Part shown: positions 33,998 through 43,612 of the stretch, in pieces | Position numbering within the stretch: the first letter of the stretch is position 1 | Layout: each line of letters opens with the position of its first letter | NCBI GenBank assembly: GCA_036679605.1 | Contig: JAZDCZ010000289.1 | Location: 1-64,000 of the forward strand | DNA length: 64,000 nucleotides | From: Gemmatimonadota bacterium | Lineage (GTDB): Bacteria; Gemmatimonadota; Gemmatimonadetes; Gemmatimonadales; GWC2-71-9 | Reading direction: 5' to 3' | Program-made: the position numbers and the translations under genes | Notes under the pieces: generated by a model | What the model saw: the letters and a program-made list of their open reading frames with translations, nothing else | Told to the model about the DNA's origin: nothing | The model's database searches: none

Positions 33998-36823
33998 TTA
34001 GTTCCGGGATACTGGCTGTCTTGGATCTATTCCGAATGTCTCGCTCAGAAAATCCCACCAAGGTTCGATAGCCGACTCTTCCTCCACAATCGGGTACGTC
34101 TCCAGTGCCAAGAGGTGAGCTTCATCGATTCGCTGTAACAGACAAAGCGCGTAGATCCTGAATAGTCTTGCCGTGGGAAAGAGATCTTCGTGTTCCTCCG
34201 CCTCGAGCAGCGGACCTAGCGCCTCACGAAACTTCCGCTCGGAGAATAGGTGCGCCCCGAGTTGGTATTGCCACACCGGAAGGTTCATCTCTTCAGAACT
34301 CAACGTCACTAGGACTCTTTGAGCATCCGAATTACTACCCATGTGCCACAAGGTCGGTGCGTTCAATTTGGACCGGGTCAGGGCAAAGTGCAGGTCCTCG
34401 ATGTTCTTTGTCAGTGGGTGTCCCGATAAGTCGATCAAGTTGTTGATGATGCGTTGCAAATCAAAGTAGGGAAGAGTTCTGGCTATGAGCGGTTGCGGCC
34501 AGAGTCGGTCGATGAGAGGACTTTCTGCAAAGCGTGCTCGAGCTGAGTCGGTTTCCATCAGAGTTACGAAAAGATTACTCGAGTTCCGTCCGAGCGCAGA
34601 GTCTGAGAGAATGCGCTTGGGAAAGTTGTCCACCAGCGGGAGATCATCGCGCGCAATCTCCTTCAAGTAGGCTGCATCTCCAATGAAGAGGGCACCTAGC
34701 TGCTCCGGCCTCTCTAGTCCTAAGGCCTTCATTTCATCGGCCACCAAGGGTTCTTGCCATTGACGCTCGAATCGATCTGTCGGTACGGGACCTTGCGCGT
34801 TCCGCGTGCCGACTAACATCAGATCCTCACGCCATCCGTGCCACAAGGAAGCGTCCGGGAAGGTTTCTAAGAACGCTTTGATAATCGCTCTTGCACTTTC
34901 GTCACCTAGTGAGTGCAACGGCAGCCAATAGGTGACGATGCCTCCGTCGTTCAACCTGTCGCGCATCAACTGGAAATACTCGCGTGTGTAAAGGTTGACG
35001 ACGCCGACCATTTGCGGGGGCGGTGGCTCGCCGGTAATCAAGTCGAAAGTTCTATCGGTCGTTTGCAGGAAGTATCGTCCGTCTTCGATGTGTACCCTGA
35101 CACGAGGATCGTTTAATGGGTTGTCACTCGGGTTGGGGAAAACGATGGAGTTCATCTCCAGCACATCTCTGGAGATGTCGACTACGTCGATCTCTTCGAA
35201 AGAGTCTGTTTGGGTGAGGGCCTTGGCAGTGGAGCCCACGCCATAGCTAACGAGCAGTGCGCGCCGGGGGTTTGGGTGAATGGCAACGGGCAAGTACACG
35301 TACAATTTCATGTAGCGGCGCGAGTGAAAGGCGGTGGACGACATGGAAAGCGAGTTGGTCACCAGTCGGAGGTGTTGCCGCTTCTTGAATAGGAGTTCTT
35401 CCACGTAGAGAATGGTTTCGGAGATACCCTCCCGATAACCAACGACGTGCCACTGGCGACCACCGGACCAGCGCCCTGCCGCACTCATCAGATGTTGACT
35501 CAACATCGATCCGAACGGAAACAGAGCTAGGCTCAACAGAAAAACTCCGGTGATAGGATACAGAACTCGGCGCGGTGCCCGGCATTGCGTGAACACGAGA
35601 AGTCCGATTGCACCGTAGAGCAACGACAGCAGAAAAAACGAAACTTCCATTCCAAACAGCGGAAGCAGGAAGAATCCGCCGGCAAAGGCTCCAATGGCTG
35701 CTCCGGTGGTATTGGCAAGTGTGAGTATGCCTGTCGTCGTCGTGGCCGACGGACATTCCTTTCTGAGAGCCGAGCCGACAACCGTGAACAAAACACCCGA
35801 CAAGAAAGACACAGGGAACATGAGCGGAATCGAAACTTTCAGAACGGGGAAGAGACCCGTGATCGAACTGCGCCCAAATGGTTCAATGATCTGGGGAAAG
35901 AGAGCGTAGGTGGCTGTGCACAGCAGCCCAGACGCTAAAGCAAGCGCGACTGTGTAACGATGACAGTCAGGGTCTATCCGAAGCCAGAAGGATGCGAAAA
36001 GCCCGCCGAGTGAAATTCCTGCAAGCGCGACCGCCAACATCACGGCGAAGGAAAGCGAAGTGCCGGTGACGAAGAGCAGAAGGAAGCGAAGCCAGACCAC
36101 CTCCAGTGCCAAGAGCGCCAATCCGGAGAAAAATGCGGCACCGAGCCAGACTTTGGCGCCGCTCCAGTTAAAGGAATGAATCTCTCTTCCAATAATCGAT
36201 GTGTCTCTTGGGGGGAGCGATTTTGACACAAGCACTGCGCCGCCTGCGGCGATCATATTCAATGAACCCGCAGCGACAGCCGAGCCATGGATTCCCAGCG
36301 CCCCTACCAAGTAGATCTCCGCCAGGACAGCTCCCACGACTGCACCAAGGGTGTTCCATCCGTAAAGTCTTCCGAGAACTCGACCGAAGTTTCGGTCGGC
36401 CATCACTAGGGCTTTCGTCAACAGAGGCAGGGTCAACCCCATCGCTGTAGACGGAACAAGCAGGAAGACGAACGCAAGAACGAGTCTCATTGAGTTCATG
36501 ACCCACGGTTGCGCGCTGAACGGATTGAGCAACGGTGTCACTAGCAACCCGAGCGATGGCAGAAGAAATACAAGCACTACACCCGAGATCGAAATGACGA
36601 TTTCCAGAACGGCGTAGGCGCGGATCGGCGGACCCAGGCGATCACCCTTCCGAACTGCAGCGGCACTTCCGAGGGCAAGTCCGCCCATGAAACCCGAGAG
36701 AACCAGACTCGAAGCCCACACGCTGTTTCCGAAAGCCAGACCGGCCTGATGGAACCACAGCGTCTCGAAGATCAGGGCCGAGGTCCCGGAGATGAAGAAA
36801 ATGGCACAAAGGAAAAGCGTCAT
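33998..36823 (-). CDS. Fused MFS-like membrane domain / spermidine synthase-like methyltransferase
   Basis: FFISG..ALIFE..W, G.LY..NTLGA, then SYGVG.T, EDGR.FL, DLIT.EPPPP, LYTREYF. Confidence 0.88.
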   Translation of the reverse strand: MTLFLCAIFFISGTSALIFETLWFHQAGLAFGNSVWASSLVLSGFMGGLALGSAAAVRKGDRLGPPIRAYAVLEIVISISGVVLVFLLPSLGLLVTPLLNPFSAQPWVMNSMRLVLAFVFLLVPSTAMGLTLPLLTKALVMADRNFGRVLGRLYGWNTLGAVVGAVLAEIYLVGALGIHGSAVAAGSLNMIAAGGAVLVSKSLPPRDTSIIGREIHSFNWSGAKVWLGAAFFSGLALLALEVVWLRFLLLFVTGTSLSFAVMLAVALAGISLGGLFASFWLRIDPDCHRYTVALALASGLLCTATYALFPQIIEPFGRSSITGLFPVLKVSIPLMFPVSFLSGVLFTVVGSALRKECPSATTTTGILTLANTTGAAIGAFAGGFFLLPLFGMEVSFFLLSLLYGAIGLLVFTQCRAPRRVLYPITGVFLLSLALFPFGSMLSQHLMSAAGRWSGGRQWHVVGYREGISETILYVEELLFKKRQHLRLVTNSLSMSSTAFHSRRYMKLYVYLPVAIHPNPRRALLVSYGVGSTAKALTQTDSFEEIDVVDISRDVLEMNSIVFPNPSDNPLNDPRVRVHIEDGRYFLQTTDRTFDLITGEPPPPQMVGVVNLYTREYFQLMRDRLNDGGIVTYWLPLHSLGDESARAIIKAFLETFPDASLWHGWREDLMLVGTRNAQGPVPTDRFERQWQEPLVADEMKALGLERPEQLGALFIGDAAYLKEIARDDLPLVDNFPKRILSDSALGRNSSNLFVTLMETDSARARFAESPLIDRLWPQPLIARTLPYFDLQRIINNLIDLSGHPLTKNIEDLHFALTRSKLNAPTLWHMGSNSDAQRVLVTLSSEEMNLPVWQYQLGAHLFSERKFREALGPLLEAEEHEDLFPTARLFRIYALCLLQRIDEAHLLALETYPIVEEESAIEPWWDFLSETFGIDPRQPVSRN

Positions 36824-36839
36824 GTGATAGGAAGAGCGG

Positions 36840-37142
36840 TTATTCGACGACCGGAGTCGGCTCCATCTTGCGGGCGCCGGTGTGGACGATGGCGAAGGTG
36901 ACGACTACGTACACGAGCAGGTGGGTAGCCATCCCCGCGATAAACAGCCAACGCCATCCACCACCGAGCAGCAACAGAATCACCAACGTTACACCGGGCC
37001 AGCCGAGCACACGCCGCAGCACCACCGGCCAGGCAGTGCTGATGGTGTACCAGAGGTCGATCACGCTGTAGAGGCCGGCCAAAAGCCTGATACCAAGGAA
37101 GAGTCCGGCTAAAAATATGATCACCGCATACAGAACACTCAT
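36840..37142 (-). CDS. Hypothetical membrane protein
   Basis: 100-aa hydrophobic ORF in operon spacing between neighbours; SD GGAGA. Confidence 0.65.
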   Translation of the reverse strand: MSVLYAVIIFLAGLFLGIRLLAGLYSVIDLWYTISTAWPVVLRRVLGWPGVTLVILLLLGGGWRWLFIAGMATHLLVYVVVTFAIVHTGARKMEPTPVVE

Positions 37143-37156
37143 CTACATCTTCTCCG

Positions 37157-39856
37157 TCACGAAAGAATTCGCACTACGCCGGCATCGCCGTCGACGAAGA
37201 GACGATCACCGGTCGTGATCCTACTACTGCACTCGGTTACATCCACGACACATGGCAGGCCGTACTCCCTAGCTACCGTCCCGGCGTGCGAGAGAAAGCT
37301 GCCCACCTCAACCACGGCCGCTCCAGCGGTCAGAAACAGTGGAGTCCAGGCCGGGTCGGTATATGGCGCAACGAGGATCTCGCCCGGTCTCAATTCGATA
37401 TCAATGGCGGGGTCCAGGATCACGCGAGCAATGCCCTCGCAACATCCCGGGCTGGCAGATTGCCCCCGTAGCACGGTTCCGTCATGTTCCGCTGTCGCTA
37501 CCGGCGTTGTTCGCTCGATGCCGATCATCCGCGGCGGAGTAATCTTCGATAGCCTCACGTGCTCTCGTCGCCGCTCGGCGATCCGGCCCTCCACGTCGGT
37601 CCACTCTAGACCACCGTCGTTGAGCTTCTCGATTTCACCCCAATCGAGGTAGAAGATATCGTCCCGACACTTGAGACGGCCCTCGTCAATCAATTGCGCT
37701 TCGAGTCGCAAGATCTTCTTCCGTACTATGTGAGCGCCCATCACCCAATAGAAGCGCGAGTTCTCCCGCAGAGTGGCGAAGTACTTCACCCGATTCGTCA
37801 CGTAGCGGATCAGGCGCGTGCGCAGTCCCAACGCACGCTCGAGTGGTTTCTCTCTCAGTCGGTTCTCGATTGTCCGGACCAGATCCGCTCTCTTGTCAGC
37901 GACCTTTCTCTCGTGCTCGGCGGGGTCGGTTTCCGCCAGTAGGTAGTTGCGAATCATTCCCAGCACCGGCGCAGGGTCTTCCTCCCATCGTGGCGACTTG
38001 AACTCGAACTCCTTTAACGCCCTATGTCCGAACTTTGCCAGAAACGTGTCGAGTTCCGCGACGAAGTGGGACGCCTCCGACGCACGCCGCAACATTGGAA
38101 GCACTCTATCCGGCTGATGTTTCGTGAGCAGTCGCTGCACTGTTTCGTTTCCTTTCGCCTCCATCGCGAGCGACCAGATTCGACGGCCGGTCTCCGCCGA
38201 CAACACCCCTTTGTTACCCGAAGTCAGCAGGCCCAGAGCGTCGGGCGGGAGATCAGGTAGATAGCGATGCAGGATTTTCTTGAGCAATCCGAACCACGCC
38301 ATATAGCGCGACGCAGAGGTGTTCATTAACAGGACCTGGTTCCCGAGTGGCGCGAACAAGGTCTTTAGCAGCGACGATCCGAAGAACAGTGCGCGCATCG
38401 TCTCGCGCACTCCAAGGTTAGGGTCGCTATCGACTCTCTCTGCGATACGCCGGAATCCGTCCATGGAATCGGTAGGTAGATTCGCACTCCTGGCGAAAGT
38501 GTTGGCATACATCAGGTAGATCGCGAGCAGGAACAGGGCGGTCAGCGGCAGTCGGACCAGGGAGACCTTGAACTTGGCTGGAACACCTTCGAAGCTCAGG
38601 TAGAGAAGCTGCGCCAGTTGTTCGTCGGTGAGTTGGAAAGGAACGAAAGGTCTTACTTTGCTCACGTCGACATACAATCGTCCACCGATCATCAATATGG
38701 CGCCGGCCACAGGTCCCTGAACCCAGAGGTTTGCCGAGAGCGGCGTTAGCGGATCGGTGAAGTTCTCGATCAGAGGTTTGAAGGCGACATATTTCCCTCC
38801 GCCCTCATTTTTGCAGAAGGTCTTGCGCCCCGCAACGGTTATGGGACGGGACTGCAGCAGGTAAACCTCTCCGTCCGCGATCGCCCATTCGACATCTTGC
38901 GGAGCACCGAAGTGCTCTTCGGCCCTGATTGCCAGTCGTGCGATTGTGGTCGCGAGTTCTGCTGACAGGGTTTGGGCGTGCTGCTGCGAAAAGCGAACCT
39001 GTCTTATTCTGCCAGTAGGATCCTCATGCATGCTTGTCGAAACCCGGAAGCGTTTTTGTGCGATCCTCCTTTCCGTGAGTTTGAGTCCGGCGCGTTGCAG
39101 CACGTATCGATCGGGCGTAACACGTCCGTCGACGATAGCGGCGCCCATGCCCCAACTCGACTCGGTGATAATTTCGTCGCGAGCGCCGGTTACAGGATTC
39201 ACGGTGAAGGTCACGCCGGAGATTTCAGAGGGAATCATCTCTTGCACGACGACCGCCATGTAGGTGGAGGCGTGATCGATTCCTTGCGTGACCCGATAGC
39301 TCACTGCCTCCGCACTCCACAGAGATGCCCAGCAGTTCTTGATCATGGGAATCAAGCTGATCTCGTCTACGTAGTAGTAGGTGCCGTGCTGTCCGGCGAA
39401 GCTAGCCTCTTCCGAGTCTTCGGAGGTGGCCGAGCTGCGTACGGCGCAAACCACCGCTGATCCGCACTCGTCCAGCAACCGCCGGTGCGCCGACAGGATC
39501 AAATTTTCCAGATCAACTGGAATGTCTGCAGTGCGGATTCTCCCGGCGATCGCTGCGTAGCATGCTTGACCCGCCGCCGCTGAAGCGTCCTCGCTCGGCT
39601 GCGCATCGACTCCGGCCCGGGACGCATCGCTGAGCACGGAAAGATCCTCGGCGAGATTGATCGAAGCGAAGAATTCCTCGCAGGCAGGGGCCGTGACCAC
39701 GAACCCGGGCGGGACGGGGAAGCCGTTTGCGATCATCTCGCCGAGATTGGCACCCTTACCGCCTGCCAGGGCGATGTCGGCCCGTCTTACATCCTTGAGC
39801 CAGAGCACGCTAGCGTTGTGAATTGTGTGTCTCCGGTGAATGGCACCGTCAAACAT
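37157..39856 (-). CDS. PEP-utilising enzyme with rifampicin-phosphotransferase/PigC-like architecture (ATP-grasp, substrate domain, His swivel)
   Basis: GGKGANLGE, AVRSSA..ED...SFAGQ, QSRPIT; C-terminal TDPAWTPLF and LSHAG.VARE.G.P. Confidence 0.88.
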   Translation of the reverse strand: MFDGAIHRRHTIHNASVLWLKDVRRADIALAGGKGANLGEMIANGFPVPPGFVVTAPACEEFFASINLAEDLSVLSDASRAGVDAQPSEDASAAAGQACYAAIAGRIRTADIPVDLENLILSAHRRLLDECGSAVVCAVRSSATSEDSEEASFAGQHGTYYYVDEISLIPMIKNCWASLWSAEAVSYRVTQGIDHASTYMAVVVQEMIPSEISGVTFTVNPVTGARDEIITESSWGMGAAIVDGRVTPDRYVLQRAGLKLTERRIAQKRFRVSTSMHEDPTGRIRQVRFSQQHAQTLSAELATTIARLAIRAEEHFGAPQDVEWAIADGEVYLLQSRPITVAGRKTFCKNEGGGKYVAFKPLIENFTDPLTPLSANLWVQGPVAGAILMIGGRLYVDVSKVRPFVPFQLTDEQLAQLLYLSFEGVPAKFKVSLVRLPLTALFLLAIYLMYANTFARSANLPTDSMDGFRRIAERVDSDPNLGVRETMRALFFGSSLLKTLFAPLGNQVLLMNTSASRYMAWFGLLKKILHRYLPDLPPDALGLLTSGNKGVLSAETGRRIWSLAMEAKGNETVQRLLTKHQPDRVLPMLRRASEASHFVAELDTFLAKFGHRALKEFEFKSPRWEEDPAPVLGMIRNYLLAETDPAEHERKVADKRADLVRTIENRLREKPLERALGLRTRLIRYVTNRVKYFATLRENSRFYWVMGAHIVRKKILRLEAQLIDEGRLKCRDDIFYLDWGEIEKLNDGGLEWTDVEGRIAERRREHVRLSKITPPRMIGIERTTPVATAEHDGTVLRGQSASPGCCEGIARVILDPAIDIELRPGEILVAPYTDPAWTPLFLTAGAAVVEVGSFLSHAGTVAREYGLPCVVDVTECSSRITTGDRLFVDGDAGVVRILS

Positions 39857-40041
39857 GTCGTTGGGAGCAAGGGAGGGCCAGCACGGAGCCCGAGGTCTCA
39901 GCGTCTAACCGTTATCGTATCGGCGTTGGCTGCATCCCGCGGGAGACGCGACGCAGGTGAATTCGATAGTCGGCGGCCGCTTGTTCGCGTCACCGCGGAG
40001 CGGCTTCTCGAGGACTCCGCCAAAGAGTAGGACTTTGAGTA

Positions 40042-40794
40042 CTAGGGATTCGCCTCAATAGGTAGATCGAGCGTGGCTGTTTGCCCTTCGCTGACAGTGA
40101 CAGTCTTCTCCACCGTCCCCAAACCCTCGTGCCAAATCCGTACGGTATATGTACCCGCCGGAACACCAGAGATTGAATAGTGCCCGCTCTCGTCGCTGGT
40201 GGCATAAAACTGATTGTCATGGACAACTACATAGGACAGCATCCACGGATGGACGTCGCACTCGATCTGGTAGACGCCCGGCCTGCGGAGTCGTCTTTGA
40301 GTCGACATCGGTGATGCCGGATCTTTAGAAGCAGGTTGTGCAATGTTGAACATTGTTCCCCGAGCTTCATCCCGCAACAGATATCCGTGCACATTGTGCA
40401 GCGTGCGGTCTTTGTTTGTTAATGTGAGATTGGCACCGCTCGTGGCCACTTGAACATGGGGGACATATACGCAGTCACTCTGTTCTATCGTGATCGCAGT
40501 TGCCTCAGGTTTTTCTCCAACCCCTTCCAAAAGAATCACCACGTTTTTCAGACCCTTATTCTCAGTAGACACAACAAATTCTTCTGACAGCTTGGAATTG
40601 CCACAAATTTGAGGATCTTTGGAAACTCTTATTTTTTCCGGTTCGGGAGGAGTCCCCTTAAAGAATATTCGGCCTTCGATTTTCCCGCCGGCAATCGTTG
40701 GTGGATGTTCAACGTGCTCTCGAGGAAGAGCAAGAAGAATCGTCAGGCTCATCAACGGGGCTGACACAAGCAACAATGGCTTGGGAAATCTCAT
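40042..40794 (-). CDS. Secreted cupredoxin-like / carboxypeptidase-regulatory-like domain protein
   Basis: C.Y.PH, HNVH, CDVHPWM, VPAG.Y....WHE; paralogue of 16138..16959. Confidence 0.8.
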   Translation of the reverse strand: MRFPKPLLLVSAPLMSLTILLALPREHVEHPPTIAGGKIEGRIFFKGTPPEPEKIRVSKDPQICGNSKLSEEFVVSTENKGLKNVVILLEGVGEKPEATAITIEQSDCVYVPHVQVATSGANLTLTNKDRTLHNVHGYLLRDEARGTMFNIAQPASKDPASPMSTQRRLRRPGVYQIECDVHPWMLSYVVVHDNQFYATSDESGHYSISGVPAGTYTVRIWHEGLGTVEKTVTVSEGQTATLDLPIEANP

Positions 40795-41846
40795 TGGTTT
40801 ACTCCAAAACGGAATTTTCTTTTCTTGGGAGCAATGCTCTCTAGGTACTCATACACGTAGCTTGCCTCTTGTTCCGTCATCGCTCCCCTCCAGGACGGAG
40901 ATGCCAGCGGGTTTGGGCCGGATGGATCTAGTTTTGCCGGCTGCTTTCCAGAGAGTATGACATCAACGATCTCTTCCTTCGTCATGTTCCGCGCCGTCTT
41001 AGTAAGCGGAGGAATCATCTCGTTGGCGGTATTTATGTTCTTATGTCCGCCTTCGCCGTTTTGACCATGACAGCCATCGCAGCCGAACCGGCGGTATATC
41101 ATTTCCCCAATCTCGCGTGGACGGCTGTCCAAGATAAAAATGACATTGCCCTCCCATCGTTTTGCCTCTTCGTTTTTCTCACCCTGAAGCGAGTGGAGAT
41201 AACTGACCAAAGCTCCTGTTTCAGGTCCGGATAGATGGAAATTGGGCATGAAGGTATTGGGCTTGTACGCTGCTGGATCCGTGAGCCATTCCTGTTCCCA
41301 CTCTTCGGTCTTGCGCTTGCCCAGCCAAGTGAGGTTGGGTCCAACAAATCGGCCTTCACTTCCGATTCTGTGGCAGGCGAGGCAGTCCTTTGTCTTGAAT
41401 ATTTCCTCACCCTTCTGAACCTGAGATAAGGAACTATTCGCGAGGATCGACTCGGTTTCAGTATCTCGTTTCATTTCCTTTATTACGGAAACAACCTCGT
41501 CCAATTCGGCAGGAGAGAACTGAAAATTGGGCATCTTTGTTCCGTCTTTTACCGCATTGGGATCCTTCAGCCACTCTCTGAGCCACGGTTCCGTTCGCCT
41601 ATTGCCGACTTGATCCAGTTTGGGACCAACCGTCCCTCCCCTTTCTGCAACGGAATGGCACGTAGTACACTGCTTTTCCACGACAATGGAATTGTTGAGA
41701 AAGGCATTCGCTGCAGCGGCCTGGCTGGGAGAAGATGATGTACTGCGACTACCTCCCCCGGCAGATGAGCAGGAAGTGCCCAACAGCAGGAGTGGCCCAA
41801 AAAGCAGGCCACTCGCGCACAAATTAAGGAAATTTCCCTTGATCAT
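40791..41846 (-). CDS. Triheme c-type cytochrome lipoprotein
   Basis: CTTCH, CLACH, CDGCH; GP.L...G.R, MPNF repeats; lipobox LGTSC. Confidence 0.88.
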   Translation of the reverse strand: MIKGNFLNLCASGLLFGPLLLLGTSCSSAGGGSRSTSSSPSQAAAANAFLNNSIVVEKQCTTCHSVAERGGTVGPKLDQVGNRRTEPWLREWLKDPNAVKDGTKMPNFQFSPAELDEVVSVIKEMKRDTETESILANSSLSQVQKGEEIFKTKDCLACHRIGSEGRFVGPNLTWLGKRKTEEWEQEWLTDPAAYKPNTFMPNFHLSGPETGALVSYLHSLQGEKNEEAKRWEGNVIFILDSRPREIGEMIYRRFGCDGCHGQNGEGGHKNINTANEMIPPLTKTARNMTKEEIVDVILSGKQPAKLDPSGPNPLASPSWRGAMTEQEASYVYEYLESIAPKKRKFRFGVNQ

Positions 41847-42394
41847 TTGTTTCCGACTTCTACTTCATCACCGTTGCTAAGGCTTGTTACGTACTTTGCC
41901 AGATAATACGACTCAGGGCTGTTCAAAGGCAGTCGCTTACCCTTCATAAACATCCGAATACAGTTGTTGTCCATCATTTGTAGCGTGATGACTTCGTCGT
42001 TAGGCACTTTATATTTTGGGAAGCGTGCCGCCGCTCCGACTAGCGAGGGAATAGGGAGCTTGTACGGACCGTGCCCCATCTTCTTGGCAATTTCTGCTTC
42101 TCCGCCGGTCGTCGCACCACCAGGATGACAAGAATTGCAGGTCTGGCCATTCTTACCCAAGCTGGCGTCGTTAAACAAATCCTTACCCAAGTCCATGGCC
42201 CTTTTTTCCGCAGCCATCATATGCTGTTGGCGGGCTTGCATATCCATACCCATTACTGCATTCATATTCCCGAGTGATTCTTCCATGTTGCCCTTTGCCA
42301 CCTGGCCGTGGAGTTCAGGCTTGTGACGTGACACCGACCCACATCCCACAACGAGTGTCAGTAACGGCAAGACCATCATCCTCTTTCCCTTCAT
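41843..42394 (-). CDS. Monoheme SoxA/TsdA-like cytochrome c lipoprotein
   Basis: Lipobox LVVGC, Met-rich N-terminus, CNSCH, FPKY...ITL....NNCI..FM.G; SD GAGGAGG. Confidence 0.75.
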   Translation of the reverse strand: MKGKRMMVLPLLTLVVGCGSVSRHKPELHGQVAKGNMEESLGNMNAVMGMDMQARQQHMMAAEKRAMDLGKDLFNDASLGKNGQTCNSCHPGGATTGGEAEIAKKMGHGPYKLPIPSLVGAAARFPKYKVPNDEVITLQMMDNNCIRMFMKGKRLPLNSPESYYLAKYVTSLSNGDEVEVGNK

Positions 42395-42433
42395 TATGTC
42401 CTCCTCACTTAAGCGCAAACGAGAAATGAATAA

Positions 42434-42961
42434 CTACGGGCTGACCTGAACTTGTTCGCCATTGCTCAACGAGCTGACGTACATTGCCAATGCAATCGAC
42501 TCTTTGGATTTGAGATCTAGTGCTTTGCCTTGCATGAACATCTTGATGCAGTTGTTGTCCATTTGGCTCAGGGTGATCACCTCGTTATTGGGGACCTTGA
42601 ATTTAGGAAATTTTGCGGCCGCACCAACTAGTGAGGGAACAGGGATTTTCATTTCGGTCATCGGTATCTGGGCTTCGCCACCGGTAGTGCCGCCACCCGG
42701 GTGACAGGACGAGCAAGTCTGCCCGTTGCTTCCCAGACTTCTGTCTTTGAAGAGTTGGCCACCGTACGCCAACGCTTCCCCTTGTTTGTTCATCATATGA
42801 GCTTGCCGTTCCTCCATGCTCATATCCATCATTACCTTGTCCATGTTTTCCATGGAACTCATCAAATCACCCATCCCCATCATGCCGGCCATCATGCCGC
42901 AACCAGAAACCAGAGAAGCTGTCAGCACGCAGCCAAAAACTGCTCCAACCCTTCTTGACAT
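42434..42961 (-). CDS. Monoheme SoxA/TsdA-like cytochrome c lipoprotein (tandem paralogue)
   Basis: Lipobox LVSGC, very Met-rich N-terminus, CSSCH, FPKF...ITL.QMDNNCIKMFM.G; SD AGGAGG. Confidence 0.75.
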   Translation of the reverse strand: MSRRVGAVFGCVLTASLVSGCGMMAGMMGMGDLMSSMENMDKVMMDMSMEERQAHMMNKQGEALAYGGQLFKDRSLGSNGQTCSSCHPGGGTTGGEAQIPMTEMKIPVPSLVGAAAKFPKFKVPNNEVITLSQMDNNCIKMFMQGKALDLKSKESIALAMYVSSLSNGEQVQVSP

Positions 42962-43376
42962 TAGAACCCTCCTGTTTCTTCCGAAAAATGAAATGTCTTC
43001 CGAGCGTGATACGGAGATGCCATCAGCGACCGCGAGACGAATCATCCACACCCGCATCGGGTCTGGATGGCGCAAGCCAACGGCACATACTTGGTGAAAC
43101 GGGATCGACGGTCACTCTTTTTATCAGAACTGTGCCAACTTCGTTGAGGTTTTCCTCGTCGGGTTACCCGGCGAGGGCACCACCTTCACACTGTTGGACG
43201 GATCGGAGAGGGCTGAATACGGAGTAAACGCATAGTCGGATGATTTGGTTCCCGAAGTAACCAACGAAGCTGGCATTCGGTTGATACGAATTGAGAGGGC
43301 GGCCACCCGTCAAGACCATAAGCTCTTGTTGATTAAAGATTTAAGGCTATCTTCGATCCCCGGGGCGGTCAGGATC

Positions 43377-43416
43377 ATGCCCAGGATCCAAGCAAGCCGA
43401 TCGTTATGCCGTCGAG
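43377..43416 (+). pseudogene. Short kinase 5'-end remnant (MPRIQA/ADRYAVE)
   Basis: GCCGATCGTTATGCCGTCGAG encodes ADRYAVE, the N-terminal motif of this kinase family; TATCTT lies upstream. Confidence 0.55.
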
Positions 43417-43612
43417 TCTCTGGCCACTTTCCGCTCGGAGCCCTATTCTTCACCCTGTCCTAGCCAGGAAATGTCGATCCTTGACCGATCAGTTGTACCA
43501 GCCATCCGCCGAGTGGCCCGCCTGGAAGCGGGAAAAGCAAAGAGCCGAACGACAAATCGCTCTGCTCTATTGGCACAAGCGGGAGTGGACAGCCAACAAT
43601 GAGAGTTTCTGA

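Noticed and set aside
37157..39856. Calling this gene ppsA or rph
   Set aside because: Domain order excludes canonical PpsA, and rifampicin specificity cannot be judged from the motifs visible here.
39880..39950. Further possible kinase 5' scars (also near 5590-5610, 6580-6630, 11240-11265, 14741-14780, 20370-20393)
   Set aside because: Each needs several indels or rests on 4-6 residues. I cannot distinguish them from chance without a profile search, so they are not called.
43081..43138. Sigma54-like GGCAC motifs upstream of the cytochrome operon
   Set aside because: No GC at the required 10-nt spacing.
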